A DNA stretch of 64,000 nt from Bacillota bacterium. GTDB lineage: Bacteria > Bacillota > Clostridia > Ch29. Each line of letters opens with the position of its first letter. Position 1 is the stretch's first letter. The notes under the pieces are model-generated. The model had not been told where the DNA came from. It made no database searches and saw nothing but the letters and a program-made list of their open reading frames with translations. The position numbers were made by a program, and so were the translations under genes. Positions 1 to 6,555 of this stretch are shown one piece after another. The DNA is taken from positions 3,432 to 67,431 of the forward strand of contig JAQUCT010000002.1 in assembly GCA_028686075.1 (NCBI GenBank), written 5' to 3'.

Positions 1-243
1 GAAGCGGGCTATGGGGATTACTTCCTGAACAGGCTGGGGCATGGTATAGGCTATAGTGTACATGAAGCACCGGACATAAAAGGAGGCAACAGAAGGGTTC
101 TCGAAAAGGGAATGGCCTTCAGCATAGAGCCGGGTATATACCTCCCGGGCAAATTCGGTGTCAGGATAGAAAACATAATGGTGATAGGGGAGAATGGCCC
201 CGAAGCCATCAACAAGGCGAACAAGGGAATAGCGGTAGTGTAA
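1..243 (+). CDS. M24-family Xaa-Pro aminopeptidase/dipeptidase, C-terminal fragment (5' end lies outside the window)
   Basis: Frame 1 is open from base 1 to TAA at 241-243. Translation ...[58 protein letters not shown] matches the conserved C-terminus of M24 peptidases. Absent from the ORF track because it has no start codon. Confidence 0.75.
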   Translation, partial: EAGYGDYFLNRLGHGIGYSVHEAPDIKGGNRRVLEKGMAFSIEPGIYLPGKFGVRIENIMVIGENGPEAINKANKGIAVV

Positions 244-257
244 ATATAACAAGAAAA

Positions 258-278
258 GGCCTGGCGTTCTGCCGGGCC
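258..278. terminator. GC-rich hairpin (ggcctggc-gttct-gccgggcc) between the convergent peptidase and lexA 3' ends; U-run on the minus-strand side
   Basis: Inverted repeat seen in sequence. The minus-strand RNA reads hairpin then UUUUCUU. Confidence 0.5.
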
Positions 279-299
279 TAAAAAATTTACATCCCCTTG

Positions 300-400
300 C
301 GTGTCATCCTGAGCGATAGCGAAAGATAGTGCCGGATTCTTCGGGCTTCGCTTCTTCAGAATGACAGATAAAAGTCGGAATAATAGATAAAAGAATATAG
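300..400. repeat. Copy A of a ~100-120 bp imperfect-palindromic intergenic element (second, inverted copy at 27940..28061)
   Basis: The reverse complement of 300-400 aligns nearly base-for-base with 27940-28061 (ctatattcttttatct...tgtcattctga...gcccgaagaatccggc...cgctatcgctcaggatgacacg). Internally the element is a long imperfect palindrome. Confidence 0.85.
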
Positions 401-437
401 TATTATTAATGCGTTGTATATAGTACCTAGTAAAACT

Positions 438-1052
438 TTAAAGCCTTCGGAAAACTCCCGTTACTTTGCCCAGTATTGCCACTTCCTTTACTAGTATCGG
501 TTCCATGAAGGAGTTCTCCGGCTGTAGCCTTATATGGTCCTTTTCCCTGTAAAATCTTTTAACAGTGGCTTCATCCTCGATAAGGGCTACCACTATATCC
601 CCGTTATTGGCATGGTTCTGTTGTTTTACAACTACGTAGTCGCCGTCAAGTATACCGGCCTCTATCATGCTCTCTCCCTTTACAACCAAAATAAAGTTGT
701 CGTTACCTCGTAGAAAATCCGCCGGAAGGGGAAAGGAATCCTCTATGTTTTCCACGGCCAGTATAGGTTGACCGGCGGTTACCCTACCTACAATGGGAAC
801 CTCAACCAAATCCCTGGCAATGGACAGAGGTGAATTGTCCAGTATCTCTATGGCCCTGGGCTTTGTCGGGTTCCTTCGTATAAATCCTTTTTTCTCCAGC
901 CTTTCAAGGTGTCCATGCACCGTGGAGGTGGACTTCAAACCCACCGCCTCACAAATCTCCCGCACCGATGGGGGATAGCCCTTATTATAGAGTTCACTCT
1001 TTAAAAACTCAAGGATTTCCAACTGCTTTCCGGTCAGGGTCTTCTTTTTCAC
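438..1052 (-). CDS. lexA: LexA repressor (S24 peptidase, SOS regulator)
   Basis: N-terminal HTH, C-terminal GESM...VKRF Ser-Lys dyad region, canonical LexA length. The ORF track extends to 1118, but a GTG at 1050-1052 preceded by AAGGAG gives the canonical N-terminus [16 protein letters not shown]. The lexA / yneA-like pair is divergent, as in Bacillus. Confidence 0.92.
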   Translation of the reverse strand: MKKKTLTGKQLEILEFLKSELYNKGYPPSVREICEAVGLKSTSTVHGHLERLEKKGFIRRNPTKPRAIEILDNSPLSIARDLVEVPIVGRVTAGQPILAVENIEDSFPLPADFLRGNDNFILVVKGESMIEAGILDGDYVVVKQQNHANNGDIVVALIEDEATVKRFYREKDHIRLQPENSFMEPILVKEVAILGKVTGVFRRL

Positions 1053-1112
1053 TGGGTCGACAACTCCTTTCACTGCTTTGTACAAATTATACCACAGGGC
1101 ATTTAAAATATC

Positions 1113-1124
1113 AAACAAATGTTC
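1113..1124. promoter_or_regulatory. Weaker LexA (Cheo) box AAAC-AAAT-GTTC proximal to lexA
   Basis: One mismatch to GAAC-N4-GTTC. Lies upstream of lexA if the GTG start at 1052 is used. Confidence 0.4.
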
Positions 1125-1144
1125 GTAAATTTCATTATTTTTCC

Positions 1145-1173
1145 TTGACAGTGAACATATGTTCCTGTATAAT
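1145..1173 (+). promoter_or_regulatory. sigma-A type promoter TTGACA-17-TATAAT for the yneA-like gene
   Basis: ttgaca at 1145-1150, tataat at 1168-1173, exact 17 nt spacer. RBS GGGAGGA lies 7 nt before ATG 1206. Confidence 0.8.
1153..1164. promoter_or_regulatory. LexA box (Cheo box) GAACATATGTTC within the promoter spacer
   Basis: Perfect GAAC-N4-GTTC palindrome. Confidence 0.85.
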
Positions 1174-1178
1174 TTAAT

Positions 1179-1192
1179 CGAACATTAGTTCG
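1179..1192. promoter_or_regulatory. LexA box CGAACATTAGTTCG at about +1 to +20
   Basis: Perfect 14-mer CGAAC-N4-GTTCG. Confidence 0.85.
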
Positions 1193-1205
1193 GGAGGATG
1201 ATAAC

Positions 1206-1481
1206 ATGAAAAGAATAACGGGGGTTTTAATAGTCATTATATCCGTTTCTATGATGTCTTTTCTGGGAAGCCTTGCCTTAGGAGCCAGCGCAAGGGCAGA
1301 GGAGGAAATCTGCATGGAGTACATAGTAAAATCCGGCGATACTCTCTGGGCCATCGCTAAGAAACATACATCCGGGAAAAGCGACATAAGAAGGTACATA
1401 TACGACATAATGGATAAAAACGGGATGGAAAGCCCTGATATAATGCCGGGGCAGGTGCTTTTTATTCCACCGGAACGCTAG
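1206..1481 (+). CDS. yneA: YneA-like SOS-induced cell-division inhibitor (signal/TM segment plus LysM domain)
   Basis: 91 aa with an N-terminal hydrophobic segment and a LysM motif (YIVKSGDTLWAIAKKH). It is divergent from lexA and sits behind two LexA boxes, the same arrangement as B. subtilis lexA-yneA. Confidence 0.75.
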   Translation: MKRITGVLIVIISVSMMSFLGSLALGASARAEEEICMEYIVKSGDTLWAIAKKHTSGKSDIRRYIYDIMDKNGMESPDIMPGQVLFIPPER

Positions 1482-1534
1482 AGACCTTAATTATTTGATA
1501 CCAAAGTGTGGTAAGCGGACCATAATAGCTACCG

Positions 1535-2518
1535 TTGTTTCCTAAAGATTTAAAGGAGTTTAATTGGCTTCGTGGAATAGTATTAGTATGCTATTATATA
1601 GCTATATTTCTTACTCGGGAGATGTTAGTATTGACTGATTTATGGTCCAAAAACACGGAGTTAGAATTCTTTCGAAAATCTCTAGATTCAGCAACACCTG
1701 AACAATTATTTTACGTTACAGATAACGGTGAATATTTAGCTTATTGGCCACGAACATATAAAGGTGGCAGAACAACACTTCAGAGCAGAAATGCCCTAAT
1801 AGGCAGTTTCACCGAAAAGTGGTCAAAATATATTATTCAGAAAACAATACAAAATGATAAGCTGTATGCGGTCCGGGGCGCGATTTGCGAAGAGCTAGCG
1901 TTAACTAAACAATCTCCTGGGGATGTAGTGATATCTAGAAAGAATAGTGTTGAACAAAAACCTGAAGACATAATTGTCATTTTTGAAATAAAAATGTCTC
2001 TAGTTTGGAACTGGGAATATATAATAGAAAACCAAACTGATAGCCCTTTAAAATGTATAGGCGACTATAAGACACATTCTGGCAATCCAGGTTTATTAAG
2101 GTCCGATTCTATGCTTAAAGCCATCGGGAAAAGCGTAAACATAAGGATTTCTAGTCCGAAAGCTTCACGAATTCCTATTATAATTTTAGGAAATACTCCT
2201 ATTACCAAGAATTATTATAAAAAAGTGGACCAATTATTTAAAACAGGCATTATACAAGGCTTTTGGTCAGTAAACCCCTTACCGTTGGATAACAAGAGTA
2301 GCAACGAAAATATAAAAACAACATCAAAAGGCGGGTTTTTAAGATTTGATAGTTTAAAGGAATTACAAGATAGAACCAGATTATTGTATTCTCAGGAAGC
2401 AACATTTATATCTTGTATGAAAAGTAAAAATGAACTTGGGAGAATAATTGAAACCGCAAACAAACAAAAAACCTACGAAGAAAAAGGCGAATTATTCATC
2501 AGACTTATTGGGGAGTGA
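1535..2518 (+). CDS. Putative Type II restriction endonuclease (PD-(D/E)XK fold)
   Basis: 327 aa with PGD-x22-EIK (PGDVVISRKNSVEQKPEDIIVIFEIK), a PD-(D/E)XK signature. The 3' end overlaps the start of the downstream methyltransferase (GTGA). The ORF begins at a TTG; an in-frame ATG at 1622 or TTG at 1631 are alternative starts. Confidence 0.55.
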   Translation: MFPKDLKEFNWLRGIVLVCYYIAIFLTREMLVLTDLWSKNTELEFFRKSLDSATPEQLFYVTDNGEYLAYWPRTYKGGRTTLQSRNALIGSFTEKWSKYIIQKTIQNDKLYAVRGAICEELALTKQSPGDVVISRKNSVEQKPEDIIVIFEIKMSLVWNWEYIIENQTDSPLKCIGDYKTHSGNPGLLRSDSMLKAIGKSVNIRISSPKASRIPIIILGNTPITKNYYKKVDQLFKTGIIQGFWSVNPLPLDNKSSNENIKTTSKGGFLRFDSLKELQDRTRLLYSQEATFISCMKSKNELGRIIETANKQKTYEEKGELFIRLIGE

Positions 2519-3432
2519 TTGCTTTGGCAAAGCGGATAGGCACAAAAACAAGTTCCTTCGGAACACCGGGCAGAATAAACCATGACTCATCAGAATTTTA
2601 CAATAGCAAATTATATGCTGACCAAAAAAATGTAAAGCAGTCTGTAGTGTTTAAGGAGAATAAGATTGCTCCTGACAAACTGAATCAAATCTATTGTAAA
2701 TCCAGTGAACTTATGAATGAGATTCCGAACGATAGTGTTCACTTAATGATTACGTCACCTCCTTATAATGTGAAAAAAGAATATGATGAAGATATGTCTT
2801 TAGAAGAATATAGAGAATTACTTTATAAAGTCTTCATGGAAACATATAAAAAATTAGTTACGGGCGGAAGAGCATGTATAAACATTGCTAATTTAGGGAG
2901 AAAACCCTATATTCCTTTACACTCATACATTATTGAAGATATGATGAAGATCGGATTTCTAATGAGAGGTGAAATAATCTGGGATAAGGCCGCAAGTGCT
3001 AGCCCCTCAACTGCGTGGGGCAGTTGGATGTCGGCTTCAAATCCTGTATTAAGGGATACGCATGAATATATACTGGTTTTTTCAAAAGAATCTTTTTCAA
3101 GAAAGAGAAAAGAAAAACAGAATACAATAACTAAGGGCCAATTTCTAGAATGGACAAAAAGTGTGTGGACTTTTCCTGCTGTATCAGCAAGAAGTATAGG
3201 CCATCCAGCCCCTTTTCCAGAAGAACTGCCTTATAGATTGATTCAGCTTTACTCTTTTAAAGACGACGTAGTTCTAGACCCTTTTTGTGGCAGTGGGACA
3301 ACATGTTTGGCTGCTCTTAAAAATGAAAGATATTACATAGGATATGATATTAAACCTGAATACGTAAAACTCGCTAATAATCGAATTAAGAATAGCTCTG
3401 TTCAAATAGAACTAGCTGTTCTTAATGAATAA
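2515..3432 (+). CDS. beta-class DNA amino-methyltransferase (N4-cytosine or N6-adenine; SPPY favours N4C)
   Basis: Motif IV SPPY (ITSPPYNV) in the N-terminal part and motif I FxGxG (DPFCGSGTT) near the C-terminus, giving the beta-class order. Start is GTG 2515 or TTG 2524; GGGGAG at 2510-2515 gives better spacing for the TTG. Confidence 0.8.
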   Translation: MIALAKRIGTKTSSFGTPGRINHDSSEFYNSKLYADQKNVKQSVVFKENKIAPDKLNQIYCKSSELMNEIPNDSVHLMITSPPYNVKKEYDEDMSLEEYRELLYKVFMETYKKLVTGGRACINIANLGRKPYIPLHSYIIEDMMKIGFLMRGEIIWDKAASASPSTAWGSWMSASNPVLRDTHEYILVFSKESFSRKRKEKQNTITKGQFLEWTKSVWTFPAVSARSIGHPAPFPEELPYRLIQLYSFKDDVVLDPFCGSGTTCLAALKNERYYIGYDIKPEYVKLANNRIKNSSVQIELAVLNE

Positions 3433-3443
3433 TCTTAAACTGA

Positions 3444-3647
3444 TTGCTATTGGATATAATAAAAGAAAACGAAAGAGTTGATATAATGATAAAGCAGTGT
3501 GTTTTGGAGGATAGACCCTGCACCGGCTGTGGAGAGTGCATGATGTGCGACATAGACAGCAGCAAGGTCTGTGACAACTGCTGTCGGTGCATTGACAGGG
3601 ATGCGGACTATATTGCCATAGATATAGATGAAATAATAGACGAGTAA
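3444..3647 (+). CDS. Small Cys-rich acidic protein (9 Cys: CVLEDRPCTGCGECMMCDIDSSKVCDNCCRC), function unknown
   Basis: The in-frame Cys pattern (C-x2-C-x-C-x2-C-x2-C ... C-x2-CC-x-C) argues for coding. An ATG at 3486 is preceded by a weak RBS and would give a 54 aa product. Acidic tail DADYIAIDIDEIIDE. A weak hairpin follows at about 3653-3675. Confidence 0.45.
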   Translation: MLLDIIKENERVDIMIKQCVLEDRPCTGCGECMMCDIDSSKVCDNCCRCIDRDADYIAIDIDEIIDE

Positions 3648-3717
3648 TACTTTTGCCCCCTTTACGGGGCTTTCTTGAGTTATCACAAAAATATAAGGAA
3701 ACGGGGGATGGAACGGT

Positions 3718-4962
3718 ATGGAAAGCATAGTAAGGGATATCGGCCTGGCGGAAAGCGGCAGAAAGAAAATAGAATGGGCAGACAATTTTATGCCGGTATT
3801 AAACGGTATAAAGAAGGAATACGAGAAGGACAAGCCCTTTAAAGGTATTAAGGTAGCCATATCAGTACACCTAGAGGCCAAAACCGCCTACCTTGCGCTG
3901 GTGCTTAAGGCAGGAGGAGCCCAAGTTCATATTACAGGCAGCAACCCCCTGTCAACCCAGGACGATGTTGCGGCTGCTCTGGCAGCGGAGGGGCTCAATG
4001 TGTATGCATGGCACGGCTCCACTCCAGAGGAGTATCGTCAGCACATTCAATATACCCTGTCCTGCAAGCCGGAGATTGTAATAGACGACGGGGGAGACCT
4101 GATACATATGCTTCACACCCAAAGGGAGGACCTGAGGGTAAACGTTATAGGCGGCTGCGAAGAGACCACAACCGGCGTGTTAAGGCTTAGGGCAATGGAG
4201 GAAAAGGGGGACCTTAAGGTTCCTATGCTGGCGGTAAACAACGCCTACTGCAAGCATCTGTTCGACAACCGTTATGGCACCGGACAGTCGGTTTGGGACG
4301 GAATAATGAGGACCACCAACCTTCAGATAAACGGAAAAACGGTGGTGGTGGCGGGCTACGGTTGGTGCGGCAAAGGGGTGGCCGCAAGGGCGGAGGGTTT
4401 AGGAGCCAGGGTAATAGTATGCGAGGTAGACCCCATAAGGGCTTTGGAGGCGGCCATGGACGGCCACAGCGTGATGGCCATGGAGAAGGCCGCACCGCTG
4501 GGAGATTTCTTTGTCACCGTTACCGGGTGTAGCGGGGTAATTGGGAAGAATCATTTTCCGATGATGAAGGACGGGGCGGTTTTAGCCAACGCCGGGCACT
4601 TCAACGTGGAAATAGACGTAGAGAGCCTTGAGGAAATATGCACAGAAAAAACTATAGCAAAACCTAATATAGATTCCTATGGAATGAAAGACGGTAAAAA
4701 AATATTCCTGCTAGGGGAGGGGAGACTTGTAAACCTCGCAGCGGGGGACGGGCATCCTATAGAGATTATGGATATGAGTTTCGGCATACAGGCACTGGCG
4801 GCCAAATATGTGCTAGAAAACCGCGGCAAGCTTTTAAATAAGGTTTATGAAATACCGGCTGATATAGACCGGCGGGTGGCACTTATGAAACTAAAAGGTA
4901 TGGGAATAAGTCTAGATAGCCTAAGCAGCGAGCAGGTCGAGTACCTGCACAGCTGGAAATAA
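3718..4962 (+). CDS. ahcY: Adenosylhomocysteinase (S-adenosyl-L-homocysteine hydrolase)
   Basis: 414 aa; NAD-binding GYGWCGKG and the SAHH-typical HFNVEID region are present; matches SAHH along its full length. Confidence 0.9.
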   Translation: MESIVRDIGLAESGRKKIEWADNFMPVLNGIKKEYEKDKPFKGIKVAISVHLEAKTAYLALVLKAGGAQVHITGSNPLSTQDDVAAALAAEGLNVYAWHGSTPEEYRQHIQYTLSCKPEIVIDDGGDLIHMLHTQREDLRVNVIGGCEETTTGVLRLRAMEEKGDLKVPMLAVNNAYCKHLFDNRYGTGQSVWDGIMRTTNLQINGKTVVVAGYGWCGKGVAARAEGLGARVIVCEVDPIRALEAAMDGHSVMAMEKAAPLGDFFVTVTGCSGVIGKNHFPMMKDGAVLANAGHFNVEIDVESLEEICTEKTIAKPNIDSYGMKDGKKIFLLGEGRLVNLAAGDGHPIEIMDMSFGIQALAAKYVLENRGKLLNKVYEIPADIDRRVALMKLKGMGISLDSLSSEQVEYLHSWK

Positions 4963-5168
4963 AGATTAACAGCGTACGCAAAAAAAACCGGCCCCTGTAA
5001 GGCCCTGTATCGCAAAATTTACCTATTCATAGGGGAATTGGTCTAAAATACAAACATTTCTCGTTTTGAGGCCTTTTAGGGGCCTTTTTGGAGGTTTATA
5101 GATAAAAGGCATTTTCCCGCAGTAAAAAACCCGCGTTTTGCAAAAAAACGTTGGTTTTTTAGCAATCC

Positions 5169-6143
5169 TTATTCGTCGTCAGAGAAATCACCCTTCTTTT
5201 CTCTGGCGAGGGGGTTCTTCTTTATCGCATCCCTGAGTCTCTTATTGTCAACGTGGGTGTATATCTGGGTGGTGGAAATACTAGAGTGTCCCAGTATCTG
5301 CTGCAGTGCCCTAATATCCACGTTTCCGTGTTTGTACATAAGCGTTGCAGCGGTGTGTCTCAGCTTATGGGCGGAATACCTGTCGCTGTCAAGGCCTGCC
5401 TTTTCCACGTACTTTTTGACCAAGTGCTGCACTGTCTTGTTGCTTATGCGTTGTCTTCTTTTGCTTAAAAATAAGGCATCTCTGTCTTTTATACTATCCC
5501 TTGGCCTTACCCGAAGATAATCCTCAATAGCCTTAAGGCAGGCATCATTTAAGTAGACGGTCCTTTCCTTGTCGCCCTTTCCAATTACGGTAAGGGTATC
5601 ACCCCTAATATTGCTTATATTTATTCCCACAAGCTCTGAAAGCCTCAGTCCGCAGTTTAGAAAAAGTGTCAGAATGCAGTAGTCCCTGTCTCGGAATTCT
5701 CCCTCAACAGCGTCCAACAGTTCCCTGGCTTCCATAAGCGTAAGGTGTACCGGGTGCCGTGACGGGGTTTTGGGCGTTTCAAGCTCATCGGTGGGGTTCT
5801 CATCTATCATTTTCATTTTGGTGTGCAGAAATTTAAAAAAGGAGCGTAGGGTAGAGACCTTCCGGGCCTTGGCAGAATTACTATTGTTCCTTGTGAAGGA
5901 TACATAGGAAATAAAGCCGTAGAGGTCGTTTAGCGTGACAGATTTAATAAGGTCGATGTCCACGTCGTCTATTCTGATTCTTTCAAATTCAGCGGTCTTG
6001 GGAACCAGGCCGCGCTGAACCTTTAGATACCGGAAGAAGGTTCTTAAGTCATAAAAATATTCCTTAACTGTGCTCTTTGACTTTCCCTTTATGGTTTCCA
6101 TGTAATTTAAGAAACTCATAAGGGGTAGGGGTATATTGTTCAT
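5169..6143 (-). CDS. Tyrosine site-specific recombinase, XerC/XerD-like integrase family
   Basis: C-terminal catalytic motifs HKLRHTAAT...LGHSSISTTQIYTHV (R-H-R-Y). Start moved to ATG 6143 (MNNIPL...), which has AGGAGG upstream; the track ORF begins at 6197. K/E-rich C-terminal tail. Confidence 0.85.
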   Translation of the reverse strand: MNNIPLPLMSFLNYMETIKGKSKSTVKEYFYDLRTFFRYLKVQRGLVPKTAEFERIRIDDVDIDLIKSVTLNDLYGFISYVSFTRNNSNSAKARKVSTLRSFFKFLHTKMKMIDENPTDELETPKTPSRHPVHLTLMEARELLDAVEGEFRDRDYCILTLFLNCGLRLSELVGINISNIRGDTLTVIGKGDKERTVYLNDACLKAIEDYLRVRPRDSIKDRDALFLSKRRQRISNKTVQHLVKKYVEKAGLDSDRYSAHKLRHTAATLMYKHGNVDIRALQQILGHSSISTTQIYTHVDNKRLRDAIKKNPLAREKKGDFSDDE

Positions 6144-6156
6144 ATTGCTCCTCCTA

Positions 6157-6180
6157 ATTATACAAAATGGATATTTTGTA
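6157..6180 (-). promoter_or_regulatory. Palindrome TACAAAAT-ggat-ATTTTGTA overlapping the -10 (TATAAT) of the recombinase promoter
   Basis: 8+8 nt perfect inverted repeat at 6161-6180, placed 15-35 nt upstream of the recombinase RBS. Possible operator. Confidence 0.4.
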
Positions 6181-6272
6181 TAATAGTACTTATACACAAA
6201 AAACGCTTTTTATCTGTGGATAACCGCGTCTCCTCTATTATAACACAAAAAGTAATAAAGTTTTTTGCATAC

Positions 6273-6308
6273 CAAAAAGCCGGTGTTATTACAAAAGCAC
6301 CGGCTTTT
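6273..6308. terminator. Rho-independent terminator (gccggtg...caccggc flanked by A-run and T-run), bidirectional
   Basis: Lies downstream of the ThiS/MoaD gene on the minus strand. Confidence 0.7.
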
Positions 6309-6320
6309 ACGGACCCTTCC

Positions 6321-6527
6321 TTAACCCCCTGCCAGGGGTTGCATTATTTTTAATATATCGCCATCCTTTATAGGTGTCTTTTTGAACTTATCGTTCTTTA
6401 TGTGAACACCGTTTAGGTTTACCACCAGTATCGGGTAATTGTACTCGGGGTATTCTGCAAACCTGATGGCGTCTTCCACTGTTATTCCCTTCTGCCATTT
6501 CATTTCCCTGTCATTTACCTTAACCAT
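6321..6527 (-). CDS. ThiS/MoaD-family sulfur-carrier protein (C-terminal GG)
   Basis: 68 aa ending ...DGDILKIMQPLAGG; the beta-grasp ThiS/MoaD pattern. Confidence 0.75.
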   Translation of the reverse strand: MVKVNDREMKWQKGITVEDAIRFAEYPEYNYPILVVNLNGVHIKNDKFKKTPIKDGDILKIMQPLAGG

Positions 6528-6555
6528 ACTACCTCCGCCTTACGAAATAACTCGA

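Noticed and set aside
3444-3717. SAH riboswitch upstream of ahcY
   Set aside because: The leader before ahcY is only about 70 nt. The upstream GC-rich stretch has an in-frame Cys-codon periodicity that fits a coding ORF better than the SAH-riboswitch pseudoknot. This could be settled by an Rfam scan.
3447-3881. 144 aa minus-strand ORF overlapping the Cys-rich ORF and the ahcY start
   Set aside because: It overlaps two better-supported + strand genes and has a low-complexity hydrophobic translation. Rejected as spurious.
4223-4532. Pro/Gly-rich ORFs on both strands inside ahcY
   Set aside because: A by-product of GC-rich codons in ahcY.
5169-6197. Possible prophage signalled by the integrase
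   Set aside because: No capsid, terminase, repressor or other phage genes anywhere nearby, so there is no support for a prophage.
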